From positions 51,297-115,296 of the forward strand of contig DATMQI010000112.1 of the NCBI GenBank assembly GCA_035567135.1: a stretch of DNA of 64,000 nucleotides. Direction: 5' to 3'. The translations under genes and the position numbers were made by a program. Position 1 is the first letter of the stretch; each line of letters begins with the position of its first letter. The stretch is from Terriglobales bacterium. Its GTDB lineage: Bacteria > Acidobacteriota > Terriglobia > Terriglobales > Acidobacteriaceae. Under the pieces are notes generated by a model. That model worked only from the letters and a program-made list of their open reading frames with translations, was not told the DNA's origin and made no database searches. Below are positions 1 to 9,368 of the stretch, in pieces.

Positions 1-91
1 CGTTCACCACGATACGAGTCGGAAAAAGGAAGTTCCCTTTCGTCCAGCGGCTGGCAACAAAGGTCTCGCCATCGGAGGTTGCATTAGTCAT
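1..91 (-). CDS. hypothetical protein, 5' end only (runs off the left edge)
   Basis: The ATG at 89-91 on the minus strand opens the frame MTNATSDGETFVASRWTKGNFLFPTRIVVN, which stays open to position 1. It is too short for the ORF track. No family recognised. It does not look like NuoB. Confidence 0.25.
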   Translation of the reverse strand, partial: MTNATSDGETFVASRWTKGNFLFPTRIVVN

Positions 92-172
92 AAAGCGAAC
101 AGTTAGTTGAAACGAAGTGCGGCCCCGCATTACTGGGCTGAATGCTAAGTGCTAACCGCTAATTGCTGGTTC

Positions 173-529
173 CTACACCCATTCCAGCGCTCCTTTGCCC
201 CATATCCAGATGTAGCCGACGATCAGGATGCCCAGGAAGACCAGCATCTCCATGAGCCCGAAGGTGCCCAGCGCCTTGAACTTCACCGCCCAGGGAAACA
301 GAAAAATGGTCTCCACGTCGAAGACCACGAACAGGATGGCGATAATGTAATAGCGAACGGTGTAACGCCCCCGGGCGCTGTCAATCGGATCAATGCCGCA
401 TTCGTAGGGCATTAATTTCGTTCGGCTGGGATTCTCTGGCCGAATCAGTTTGGCTGCCAGCAGCGTGATAGGGATCAGTACCCCCACCACCGCGATGAAT
501 ATAAACAGCGGGACGTAGTTTTGCGGCAT
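173..529 (-). CDS. nuoA: NADH-quinone oxidoreductase subunit A
   Basis: The translation has the NuoA/ND3 core (LMPYECGIDP, YYIIAILFVVFDVETIFLFPWAV) and three hydrophobic helices. The track ORF starts at 601. I prefer the internal ATG at 527-529 because it gives the usual NuoA length. Confidence 0.85.
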   Translation of the reverse strand: MPQNYVPLFIFIAVVGVLIPITLLAAKLIRPENPSRTKLMPYECGIDPIDSARGRYTVRYYIIAILFVVFDVETIFLFPWAVKFKALGTFGLMEMLVFLGILIVGYIWIWGKGALEWV

Positions 530-661
530 CGGTCTCAACTTCCCTGTTCGATTGAAAACTTCAAAGCAGTTTATAGTACCGCCCATTGCCACTGGCTTCA
601 AGGACTCTCGTCACCAGCTTGTTTATAATCGATCTTCAACTTTTGCGATCAAAGGAACCCA

Positions 662-2206
662 TTGGCACTCGACGAAAACATTTACAAACTGCGGTGCGAG
701 AAGCTGAAGCAGATCGAAGCGCTGGGACAGCGGACGTATCCAACGAAATACGAATTTACTCACACCATTCCCGCAATTCTGGCTGTCTACTCGCAAAAAC
801 CGGCTGAGGAATTGGAGAACCCGCGAGTCAATGTGCACATTGCCGGACGAATCATGGCGATCCGGTTGATGGGCAAAGCGGGCTTTGCGCATCTACAGCA
901 AGGCGGGCAGAAGCTGCAGATCTACGTGAAGAAAGATGCGGTCGGCGAAAAAGGATTTGAACTTTACCGGTTGCTCGACCTCGGAGACCACGTCGGAGTC
1001 AGCGGATATTTATTCCGCACCCGCACCGGCGAACTCAGCATTCACGTCGAAGAGATTACGTTCCTATCCAAGGATCTGTTGCCGCTACCCGAGAAGTGGC
1101 ATGGCTTGACCGACGTTGAATTGCGATACAGGCAACGCTACGTCGATCTGGTCATGAACCCGGAAGTGCGCGCAGTATTTCTGAAGCGCAGCAAGCTGGT
1201 GCAGTCCATGCGGCGGTTCCTCGACGCGCATGACTTCATCGAGGTCGAGACCCCGATGATGCAGCAGATTGCCGGCGGCGCGGTTGCCAAGCCGTTTGTC
1301 ACGCATCACAACACCCTCGACATGGATCTTTATTTGCGTATCGCTCCGGAGCTTTACCTCAAGCGCCTGACCGTCGGCGGGTTCGACCGCGTCTACGAAA
1401 TCAACCGCAACTTCCGCAACGAGGGTCTCGGATGGCGATGGAATCCCGAGTTCACCATGCTCGAGTTTTACCAGGCTTATACCGACTATCGCGGGGTGAT
1501 GGATCTCACGCAGCAGTTGATTGAGCAGGCAGCCATTGACGTGAATGGTGGAACGAAATCGAAGTGGGGCGAAGACGAGATCGACTGGTCGGGATCGAAT
1601 TGGCGTCGCATGACCATGCGGGAAGCCATCATTCACTATTGGCCGGAGGCGGCAGGGGCGAAGCCGGAGATGGCGGACTTCAGTTCTCATGATTCGGTAG
1701 AAGCGCTGGTGACGCGCTTCAATACAGCCCACGCGCATCTCGCTTACGACCCGAATGAGCCGGTCGGCAAGACGATCGCAAACCTGTTTGATGCTGCTGC
1801 TGAAGAGCACTTGATTCAGCCGACGATCATTTACGAGTTTCCCACCGCGGTCTCGCCACTCTCGAAGCAGAAGGCAGACGAGCCCGACTGGACTGAGCGT
1901 TGGGAGATCTTCGCCGGGAAGATGGAGATTGCCAACGGGTTCAGCGAACTCAACGATCCTGAAGACCAGCGCCGTCGTTTCGAACAGCAATTGAAAGAAC
2001 GCGAGCGCGGCGACGAAGAGGCTCACCAAATGGATGAAGACTACATCCGCGCACTCTCGTACGGCATGCCGCCGGCCGGAGGTGTCGGCGTCGGCGTGGA
2101 TCGACTGGCGATGCTTTTGACCGATTCCCACACAATCCGCGACGTGATTCTGTTCCCACTGCTGAGGCCAGAAAAAGCATCGAACACGGAAGATACAAAG
2201 GAATAG
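662..2206 (+). CDS. lysS: lysine--tRNA ligase (class II)
   Basis: OB-fold N-domain ([23 protein letters not shown]). Class II motifs [21 protein letters not shown] and [16 protein letters not shown] start as in the track. Confidence 0.95.
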   Translation: MALDENIYKLRCEKLKQIEALGQRTYPTKYEFTHTIPAILAVYSQKPAEELENPRVNVHIAGRIMAIRLMGKAGFAHLQQGGQKLQIYVKKDAVGEKGFELYRLLDLGDHVGVSGYLFRTRTGELSIHVEEITFLSKDLLPLPEKWHGLTDVELRYRQRYVDLVMNPEVRAVFLKRSKLVQSMRRFLDAHDFIEVETPMMQQIAGGAVAKPFVTHHNTLDMDLYLRIAPELYLKRLTVGGFDRVYEINRNFRNEGLGWRWNPEFTMLEFYQAYTDYRGVMDLTQQLIEQAAIDVNGGTKSKWGEDEIDWSGSNWRRMTMREAIIHYWPEAAGAKPEMADFSSHDSVEALVTRFNTAHAHLAYDPNEPVGKTIANLFDAAAEEHLIQPTIIYEFPTAVSPLSKQKADEPDWTERWEIFAGKMEIANGFSELNDPEDQRRRFEQQLKERERGDEEAHQMDEDYIRALSYGMPPAGGVGVGVDRLAMLLTDSHTIRDVILFPLLRPEKASNTEDTKE

Positions 2207-2253
2207 GGTTGATCGCACGGGCAAAACACTTGGTCGCGCCGACAAATTACATG

Positions 2254-2280
2254 ATTCTTGGCTTCGCTCAGAATGACAGC
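2254..2280. repeat. short REP-like intergenic element, copy 1
   Basis: attcttggcttcgctcagaatgacagc lies between lysS and the TonB receptor gene. It matches 23 of 27 positions of the copy at 9261..9287. Confidence 0.4.
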
Positions 2281-2328
2281 AGTAGTTAGCTTGATCCCGC
2301 ATAGCTGAGAATCGCCTAAAATAAGGCG

Positions 2329-4644
2329 TTGACGACAAAGATCTGTCTAATCCTCACTCTCTCGGCAGTCTCGCTTTGCGCGCAAAGCAATAGCGGAGAA
2401 TTACGGCTCAAGGTCACCGATCCGGCCGGACTCGGCGTGAAGAGCTCGGTGCAATTGATCAGCGAAGTGAACCAGGTGCGGAAAACACTGGTCACCGACG
2501 AAGCCGGAAATCTGACCGCTAAGCTGCTTCCTTTCGGACTGTACCGCCTCGAAGTGCGGCGTGAAGGTTTCGCTCCATTTTCGAATTCAATCGAAATCCG
2601 GTCCGCCGTTCCGGCCGATTATCACGTTACTCTCAGAATCGCTCCGCTGAGCACCTCGCTGACCGTCAACGATCGGGAGACTCTGATCGATCCCCATCGC
2701 TCGGGCACCATTAATCGAATTGGTAAGGAGACAATTGAGGACAGAGTGACTTCGCTGCCCGGCCGCTCGCTGCAGGACCTGGTCAACTCCCAGCCTGGCT
2801 GGGTGTATGAAGGCAACGCCGTCCTGCACCCGCGCGGATCCGAATATCAAACCCAGATTGTGATTGACGGAATTCCGCTCACCGACAACCGCTCGCCGAG
2901 TTACGGACCTGAGATCGAAGCGGAGGACGTCCAGTCGATGAGTATCTACACTGCGGGCATTCCAGCGGAATATGGAAGAAAAATGGGCGGTGTCGTCGAG
3001 ATGGTCACGGCCAAAGATTCGAGGCCGGGATTGCATGGCGAAGCTGAATTGGCGGGCGGCAGCTTCGCCGCCGCCGATGGCTACCTGCTGACGCAGTATG
3101 GATGGGGCAAGAACACGCTTGCGGTAAGCGCTCAGGGCGCAAGCACCGACCGGTATTTAAATCCGCCGGTGCTTCAGAACTTTACCAACAACGGTAGCAG
3201 CGGAGATTTCGGAGCCAGCTATGAGCGGGATTTTTCCAATCACGACCGCCTGGGTTTCTCCGTTCGCCACGAATTCACCCGTTTTCTGGTGCCCAACGAG
3301 CAGGTTCAAGAGGCGGCGGGACAGCGGCAGGACAGAAACAATTTTGAAACCATGGGAATCGCCTCTTATCAGCATTTGTTCTCTCCCAGCATTGTGGGAG
3401 ACTTTCACGGAATGGTGAGGGATGATTCGCAGGGGCTTTCGTTAAACCCGCTTTCCACGCCGCTTATCGCCTTCCAGGAGAATGGCTTTCGCGAGGGGTA
3501 TTTCAAGGGGACGATTTCCATCCATCACGGCAATCAGGAGTGGAAAGCTGGCATCGAATCGGACTCTACGTTTCTTCGCGAGCATTTCAGCGATATGATC
3601 ACGGACTTCACCCAGTTCGATCCCGCCACGCCAGCCACATTCAATTTCGCGGAAAATCGTCGGAGTCTCGAGCAGTCTGCATTTCTCCAGGATCTTATCC
3701 GTTTTGGCAAATGGACAGTTAGTGCAGGATTGCGGTGGGATCACTATCAGTTGCTGGTGAACCAGAATGCCGTGAGCCCACGCCTGGGAGTTTCACGCTA
3801 TTTCCATTTGGCTGATTTGGTGTTGCATGCGTCTTATGATCGGGTTTTTCAAACTCCCGACTTCGAGAACATCCTGCTCTCCAGTTCTCCCGAGGTCATT
3901 TCCTTGAATCCGCAAGTTTTGCGCTTGCCGGTAGAGCCTTCGCACGGCAACTATTATGAGGTCGGATTCACTAAGGGTCTTTTCCAGAAAGTCAGGTTAG
4001 ACATCAATGGCTTCGACCGAAGCGTGAACAACTTTGCCGACGATGACCAATTCCTCGACACAGCGGTCAGCTTTCCAATTGCTTTCAGAAAAGCAAATAT
4101 TTACGGTGCCGAAGGGAAACTCGACATTCCGCATTGGGGGCGTTTGTCCGGGTTCGTCAGTTATTCCTACATGGTCGGCGCTGCATATCTTCCGGTCACC
4201 GGCGGACTGTTTCTCGGCGAAGAGGCCAGCAACGCACTCAGCCAGGCGCGCGGACGTTTCTGGGTCACTCAGGACCAGCGCAATACGGTCCGGACTCGCT
4301 TTCGCTATCAACTTGTGGAGCGTGTGTGGGCCGCGCTGGGAGCGGAATATGGGAGCGGTCTCCCGGTGGAATTCGATGGCACCGAACAACAAGCAGTAGC
4401 CCAGTTCGGCCAAGCCGTCGTGAATCGCGTGAACTTAGCTGTTGGCCGCGTGCGGCCTTCGCTCTCCATTGACGCTTCTGCTGGCGCTGATCTGTGGAAG
4501 AAAGACAAGCGGAACGTGCGCTTACAAGCCGATGTTCAGAACCTCAACAACCGGCTGAACTTGATCAACTTCGCTGGACTGTTTTCTGGAAACAGCATTG
4601 CTCCTCCGCGCAGCTACGCTCTCCGTCTCACTACTGCCTTCTAA
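2329..4644 (+). CDS. TonB-dependent outer-membrane receptor with N-terminal carboxypeptidase-regulatory-like domain
   Basis: Signal peptide (LILTLSAVSLCAQS). CarboxypepD_reg-like segment (GELRLKVTDPAGLGV...GLYRLEVRREGF). Plug-like segment (SLPGRSLQDLVNSQPGW...IVIDGIPLTDNRSP). Long beta-barrel-like region ending in the aromatic terminus LRLTTAF. TTG start. Confidence 0.85.
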   Translation: MTTKICLILTLSAVSLCAQSNSGELRLKVTDPAGLGVKSSVQLISEVNQVRKTLVTDEAGNLTAKLLPFGLYRLEVRREGFAPFSNSIEIRSAVPADYHVTLRIAPLSTSLTVNDRETLIDPHRSGTINRIGKETIEDRVTSLPGRSLQDLVNSQPGWVYEGNAVLHPRGSEYQTQIVIDGIPLTDNRSPSYGPEIEAEDVQSMSIYTAGIPAEYGRKMGGVVEMVTAKDSRPGLHGEAELAGGSFAAADGYLLTQYGWGKNTLAVSAQGASTDRYLNPPVLQNFTNNGSSGDFGASYERDFSNHDRLGFSVRHEFTRFLVPNEQVQEAAGQRQDRNNFETMGIASYQHLFSPSIVGDFHGMVRDDSQGLSLNPLSTPLIAFQENGFREGYFKGTISIHHGNQEWKAGIESDSTFLREHFSDMITDFTQFDPATPATFNFAENRRSLEQSAFLQDLIRFGKWTVSAGLRWDHYQLLVNQNAVSPRLGVSRYFHLADLVLHASYDRVFQTPDFENILLSSSPEVISLNPQVLRLPVEPSHGNYYEVGFTKGLFQKVRLDINGFDRSVNNFADDDQFLDTAVSFPIAFRKANIYGAEGKLDIPHWGRLSGFVSYSYMVGAAYLPVTGGLFLGEEASNALSQARGRFWVTQDQRNTVRTRFRYQLVERVWAALGAEYGSGLPVEFDGTEQQAVAQFGQAVVNRVNLAVGRVRPSLSIDASAGADLWKKDKRNVRLQADVQNLNNRLNLINFAGLFSGNSIAPPRSYALRLTTAF

Positions 4645-4656
4645 GCCTGGGAGTTG

Positions 4657-5427
4657 CTACTTACGATCGTTGCGCAGCGGCTTGACAGCGGGAGGACGGT
4701 TCTCCTCTGGTGGAGAGACCTTGGCGGCAGCATTGGACGTGGTCGACGACTGCATGAGCTTAAAAACGTACAGCACCACCTCCACGCGGCTCGATACTCC
4801 GAGCTTGTCGAAAACCCGGAACAGGTAGTTCTTCACGGTGTGTTCCGTGAGTTTCAAACGATGGGCGATCTCGCGGTTGGAAAGCCCATCGGCCACGCAG
4901 AGGACGACGTCCTGCTCGCGCTTGGAAAGCGCAGGCAAGCTGCTTCCGTCTGGCGGCCGCATCGAAATCGCCTCGGAAATAGCGTCGAGGAGATACTGCT
5001 GCTCCTGGCTATTTGCCCAAACCTGGCCGTTGTGAGCGCAATGAATGCATTTGGCAAGCGTCTGCAGGGATTCAGTGCGGCTGAATACGCCACGGGCACC
5101 GGCGCGAAATGCCTCCACGACCGAATTGCGCTCCGAAGCATCCAGCAACATGATGATGTGGGTCTCAGGATGGAGCGCACGTAGTTGGCGGGCCACTCGC
5201 AGCCCCGAAGAGGGATCATTTTCCAGGATCGCGCTCAGCAGTACCACATCAGGTTTTTCCCTGACCACGGCGGCCAGGATCGCATCCTCTGTGGGGTCAG
5301 ATTCAATGACCAGAAAGCCGTTCTCGCGCCCTAGAGTGTTCCCCAGCAACTGAGTGTTCATGCGAGTCTTGTCGGCAGCCAGGACTCGGATCGGGGATGA
5401 GACGGAAGAAAGAGTTTGTTCTGCCAT
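4657..5427 (-). CDS. LuxR/NarL-family response regulator with degenerate (Asp-less) receiver domain
   Basis: C-terminal LuxR HTH (LSKREQDVVLCVADGLSNREIAHRLKLTEHTVKNYLFRVFDKLGVSSRVE). N-terminal receiver fold (IRVLAADK...PDVVLLSAIL...IIMLLDA). Start moved to the ATG at 5425-5427 (MAEQTLSS). The track start is 5496. Confidence 0.85.
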   Translation of the reverse strand: MAEQTLSSVSSPIRVLAADKTRMNTQLLGNTLGRENGFLVIESDPTEDAILAAVVREKPDVVLLSAILENDPSSGLRVARQLRALHPETHIIMLLDASERNSVVEAFRAGARGVFSRTESLQTLAKCIHCAHNGQVWANSQEQQYLLDAISEAISMRPPDGSSLPALSKREQDVVLCVADGLSNREIAHRLKLTEHTVKNYLFRVFDKLGVSSRVEVVLYVFKLMQSSTTSNAAAKVSPPEENRPPAVKPLRNDRK

Positions 5428-5615
5428 TGGCGTTCTGCCTGCGGTTCTTGGACAGTGCGCCAAGAGCTTTTGACCGGCTCGTATATGCCTTGGCACTTGT
5501 CAGCTTGTAATCTAGTCTCCTAGAACTTCGGCGCATACAGTACTTTGGTACCTCCGGGCTATGTTGCTGGCCGCAAACGACAATCTTCGTTTCTTAAATC
5601 AAACGCTTATGGCGC

Positions 5616-5639
5616 AAAAAAAGCCCGCAGAAGCGGGCT
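5616..5639 (-). terminator. putative intrinsic terminator downstream of the GT26 gene
   Basis: Stem AGCCCGC, loop AGAA, stem GCGGGCT (5622..5639). On the minus strand it is followed by a run of seven T (5616..5622). It lies about 50 nt after the stop codon at 5693. Confidence 0.6.
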
Positions 5640-5692
5640 GTTTATGCGGCAAGTCGTGATGTAGATTTAAGCTTAAAAACAAACCCTGCGAA

Positions 5693-6493
5693 TCACGAAC
5701 GCAGTTTTTTCTTCAGAGCCTGCAGCATCACTGGTAACACGAACATGTGGAAATCGGCGTAATGCCGCTTCTTCCAGAAGAGAGTGGGATCCTGGCCAAT
5801 TCGGTACCAGAATTCTAGGCCTCGGTGCTGCATCCAGCGCGGAGCACGCTTCCGCATTCCGATGTGATAATCAAATGCGCCGCCTACGGCTCCTACAAAG
5901 CGCGCCTGGATCCGATCCCGGTTTTTCCAAACCCAGCGTTCCTGAAGCGGAGCTCCCAGACCGACCCAAAGAATGTCAGGTTGGGTGCGCGCAATTTCGC
6001 CGAGGATGTATTCGTTCAATTCGCCCTCGATGGGCCCCATTGGAGGCGTCCAAGAGCCTACGATCTTGAGGTTGGGATGAGCCTCCTGGAATGCCGCAGC
6101 AGTACGCTCGGCCTTGCGGTCGCCTCCGCACATGACAAATACCGTGTACCCCTTCTCAGCCGCGCGGGCATTCATGTGCACCAAAAAGTCTGGACCACAA
6201 CAGCGGCCGGCTACCGGTTGACCCAGGACACGGCTTGCCCAGACCAGGGGAATGCCGTCGGCCATGGGGAAGTCGGCCTCATTGAGCGCTTGCCGGTATT
6301 CTGCTCCCTTGCGAGCTTCAATCACGTTGTAGACGTTGATGAAGACCGCATAGCGGCGCTCGCCGCGTTGAATGCAGCCTTCGACAAGATCGAGGGTTTG
6401 AGCAAGGCTCGTGCGTCGCACGCGAACGCCCAAAATATCCGTCCGGTCTTCGCTACCGCTGGCGGCTGGGGACACGGTTTCCAACGAGGGCAT
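5693..6493 (-). CDS. WecB/TagA/CpsF-family glycosyltransferase (GT26)
   Basis: Family-typical stretches ILGVRV...FINVYNVIEA, FPMADGIPLVWASRVLG, DILWVGLGAPLQERWV and GVGGAFDY. Start moved to the ATG at 6491-6493 (MPSLETV). The track start is 6625. Confidence 0.85.
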   Translation of the reverse strand: MPSLETVSPAASGSEDRTDILGVRVRRTSLAQTLDLVEGCIQRGERRYAVFINVYNVIEARKGAEYRQALNEADFPMADGIPLVWASRVLGQPVAGRCCGPDFLVHMNARAAEKGYTVFVMCGGDRKAERTAAAFQEAHPNLKIVGSWTPPMGPIEGELNEYILGEIARTQPDILWVGLGAPLQERWVWKNRDRIQARFVGAVGGAFDYHIGMRKRAPRWMQHRGLEFWYRIGQDPTLFWKKRHYADFHMFVLPVMLQALKKKLRS

Positions 6494-7130
6494 GGTTTCT
6501 ACGAACCCTCGCTCTCGCTCGGCATGTCTTCCCGAATCATTACAAAACTGTGCAGCATTGCTTTTCCAAATTGGGATGGAGTTTACTGTTTGGTACTCAG
6601 TCCCCCCGCCCCCTAATCTGTGCAAAATCTAGAAACCAAACGATTTAGTTTTCGACCCTGTGCTAGATCTTTAAGTTTTCAAGAGTTACACGCAAAATCC
6701 AGAGAACATGGGAGTTATAAGCCGTACTTGTCCTGGCGCGGTCCGTTTTTGGGACTGGCACACACACATGGTACGTGTCGAATCTCAAAAAAACGTGCAT
6801 TATCCAATAGATAATGTCTTCTGTTCTAGGTTATCTAATTCGAATCCTTGAGTCAACGAGAAAGCGCGTAGCGGATCAGTTTGACGTCGGTTCACGCGAG
6901 ATTCCTCGCCCCGCTGGTAAAAGCGCGGGGCTTCGGAGTGACGCCCTTCAAAATAAGTTAGGGAGGTTGACGCTCTCAGGCGCGTACCGTATTCTGAGTG
7001 TCTCCAGTCGGAGATTTGGTTTGCGTGAATGCCACTCTGCTCCGATCAAATCCCTGTCAACGGCCGGGTCGGCTGATTAAAGAATGTTTGATTCCAACCG
7101 CAGAGTGAGGACGATGAGGAGGAATGCCTA

Positions 7131-8099
7131 GTGAAAGTTCTGGTGGTCGGAGGGGCGGGATACATTGGAAGCCACACCGCGCACGTGCTAAAAAGAGCCG
7201 GCCTCGAGGTGGCGATCTACGATAATTTGTCCACCGGTTTTGAGTTCCTGGCGAACGGTTTCCCACTGGTGGTGGGCGATATCCACGACGGGAAGAAGCT
7301 GTTGGAGCAGGTCAAGCAGTGCGACGCGGTTATGTATTTCGCCGCCAACCATTATGTTGGCGAATCGGTCGTGAATCCGCGGAAGTACTATCGCAACAAT
7401 GTTGAGGGTGGGCTGTCGCTTTTGAACGCGGTTCTGGATGCTGGGAAAAAGAGCCTTGTGATCTTTTCCTCTACCTGTTCGGTCTACGGCGCGCCGGAGA
7501 AAACGCCGATCAGCGAGGACCAGCCGCTGGCTCCAATTAATCCCTACGGTGTTTCCAAGGTTTTCTTTGAGCAGGCGCTGCAGTCTTATGACACGGCTTA
7601 TGGCATCCGCTATGCAAGCTTGCGCTACTTTAACGCTGCGGGCGCGGACGAAAACGGCGAGATTGGCGAATGCCACGATCCCGAACCTCACCTCATCCCA
7701 TTAGCTCTGCAGGCGGCGGCTGGATTGGGTCCTGAGCTTCAGGTCTTTGGAACGGACTATCCCACGCCCGATGGCACCTGTCTTCGCGATTACACCAACG
7801 TGGTAGATCTGGCGGAGGCGCACGTTAAGGCGCTGCAACATCTGCAGGCGGGAAATCCATCGATTTGTGTCAATCTGGGAACGGGTGAGGGCTCTTCGGT
7901 GATGGAAGTCATCTCGACCGTGGAAGAAGTGACTGGGAAGAAAGTTCCGAGAAAAATTGTGCCGCGACGCCCGGGGGATCCTCCGGCTCTGGTTGCTGAC
8001 CCGCGTAAGGCGCAGCAAATTCTACAGTGGAAGACGAAACGTTCGTTGCGCGACAGCGTTTCTACGGCTTGGAAGTGGATGCAGAAGCGGGGGAAGTAG
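7131..8099 (+). CDS. galE: UDP-glucose 4-epimerase
   Basis: MKVLVVGGAGYIGSH Rossmann motif, YGVSKVFFEQ (YxxxK), and GalE-like length and C-terminus. GTG start preceded by AGGAGG. Confidence 0.9.
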   Translation: MKVLVVGGAGYIGSHTAHVLKRAGLEVAIYDNLSTGFEFLANGFPLVVGDIHDGKKLLEQVKQCDAVMYFAANHYVGESVVNPRKYYRNNVEGGLSLLNAVLDAGKKSLVIFSSTCSVYGAPEKTPISEDQPLAPINPYGVSKVFFEQALQSYDTAYGIRYASLRYFNAAGADENGEIGECHDPEPHLIPLALQAAAGLGPELQVFGTDYPTPDGTCLRDYTNVVDLAEAHVKALQHLQAGNPSICVNLGTGEGSSVMEVISTVEEVTGKKVPRKIVPRRPGDPPALVADPRKAQQILQWKTKRSLRDSVSTAWKWMQKRGK

Positions 8100-8126
8100 G
8101 ATCGGTCGTAGTCATCGGACGAGCAG

Positions 8127-8957
8127 TTAGTTGTTCTCGATTGTGACGCCTAGCGATTCCTTGCGCCGTGTCGGGACGCCGTGGGCACCGAGGGCCAGCA
8201 CGCCGAGCGTAGCCGGTTTCACGGTCGGAGCGGTCAGAATTTCATCCGGACTTTCCACGATATCGTCCGATCCCTTGGTCTGGCCTGCGACAATTGCTTT
8301 ACCGGGGATGGTCTCGTAGGCGTAGCCGGTCAAAGTGGCGGCGAAATCATGTGGACTCGTCGTGACGGTGAGGCGCGCCCAGCCAAAGTGAAACCGACCC
8401 TTGATCTTGAACTTTAATCCGAGATACCGATCCTTGACGCCCTTCCCTCCATTGACCCACGGGCCTTTCCAGAAATTGGTGGAGTTATAGCAGCAGACTT
8501 CTCCCAGAACCTCGCGGCCGGATGTGATGAAACGGTCGCCGTGTTGAATTTTCGCTCCGAACCGCAGCGCTGCGTCGAACTCACTGCCCATTGAAACAAT
8601 TGCTCTAATAACGTTCGAACTATGCGTGTTTCTATTCGTGTTAAAACAAAAAGCACCGTGGTAGCTCTTCGGGAGCTGACAAGCCGCAAAATAATGTGCG
8701 CCGCCGAAGTGACTAAAGGAATGTAGGAAGTAGAAATCGACTATCCCATCATGATTGAGGTCCAGCGGAAATGGTCGCTGGCCAGCACGTAAGTGGACGT
8801 GTGCCGGCGTGTAAACGATCTTGGCCTCAGCGGGCTGTGCCAGTGCCACTGCGCTGACTCCAGCCGCAGTCGCCGCGACGGCGTACATGTTCAGTTGTTC
8901 ATGGATTGACTCGGAAAGGCTGGCTGCCGTCTTGGACGGTCGGAAGGTGCGGTTCAT
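8127..8957 (-). CDS. secreted protein of unknown function with PEP-CTERM-like C-terminal sorting tail
   Basis: N-terminal signal-like segment (YAVAATAAGVSAVALAQPAEA). The C-terminus PATLGVLALGAHGVPTRRKE has the pattern Pro-containing motif, short hydrophobic helix, Arg/Lys cluster. Start taken at the ATG 8955-8957, which is preceded by GGAGGA. The track start is 9041. Confidence 0.6.
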   Translation of the reverse strand: MNRTFRPSKTAASLSESIHEQLNMYAVAATAAGVSAVALAQPAEAKIVYTPAHVHLRAGQRPFPLDLNHDGIVDFYFLHSFSHFGGAHYFAACQLPKSYHGAFCFNTNRNTHSSNVIRAIVSMGSEFDAALRFGAKIQHGDRFITSGREVLGEVCCYNSTNFWKGPWVNGGKGVKDRYLGLKFKIKGRFHFGWARLTVTTSPHDFAATLTGYAYETIPGKAIVAGQTKGSDDIVESPDEILTAPTVKPATLGVLALGAHGVPTRRKESLGVTIENN

Positions 8958-9092
8958 AATTCCTCCGGACAGGCCCAAATATTTTCCTCTTCTGCGTGCG
9001 CGGTCAAGGTCAGCGAAAGCTCGCGCCCTGATGCGCCACAACGTGGTTACCGCCGACTTCCCTGAAGGGAAGTCAAATCATCGGGCGAGAAA

Positions 9093-9368
9093 TCACTCAC
9101 CTTTGAGTCCCGATTCCCTGCGCCGCCACAGGACGCCCTGAACACCGAGAGCAAGGATGCCAAGCAATGCAGGCTGCGGAGTGTTTGGAATTGGATTAGT
9201 CAGAGAAGAACCGGGGCCGGTAGGCGTGTAATGTTTGGCCCAGCGAGCAGAAATGCATAGATCCTTCGCTTTGCTCAGGATGACAGCTTTCGTTGTGCTG
9301 CAAATTTTGAGATTCGTTCTTCTGAATTGGACTTTCCAGTGATCATTCGAGAGGTAATCAGAAGTCCG
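9093..9368 (-). pseudogene. orphan PEP-CTERM-like tail fragment (no usable start codon)
   Basis: The frame is open from the sulfotransferase TAG stop to the TGA at 9093-9095. It ends NPIPNTPQPALLGILALGVQGVLWRRRESGLKGE, matching 13 of 23 positions of the tail of the 8127..8957 protein. There is no in-frame ATG or GTG, and a REP-like element is embedded. Confidence 0.35.
9261..9287. repeat. short REP-like intergenic element, copy 2
   Basis: atccttcgctttgctcaggatgacagc. The reverse complement is gctgtcatcctgagcaaagcgaaggat. See copy 1 at 2254..2280. Confidence 0.4.

Noticed and set aside
173-601. Long (142-aa) version of nuoA starting at 601.
   Set aside because: The extra 24 N-terminal residues are not NuoA-like, and the internal ATG gives the usual length. 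This was not tested further.
1085-2338. 417-aa minus-strand ORF antisense to lysS.
   Set aside because: It lies entirely opposite a gene with unmistakable LysRS motifs. Its translation is Arg/Leu/Val-rich with no recognisable motif. This is a typical shadow ORF of GC-rich DNA.
5825-6616. 263-aa plus-strand ORF opposite the GT26 gene.
   Set aside because: The minus-strand frame carries clear WecB/TagA/CpsF motifs. The plus frame has none.
6908-6931. Hairpin gccccgc-(10 nt)-gcggggc in the galE upstream region, possibly a second REP-like family.
   Set aside because: No T-tract follows, there is only one copy in the window, and I cannot assign a function from sequence alone.
6620-7080. Small ORFs (64-88 aa) in the 640-nt region between the divergent GT26 and galE genes.
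   Set aside because: No RBS, no motifs, and an AT-rich promoter-like context. The region is more likely regulatory DNA.
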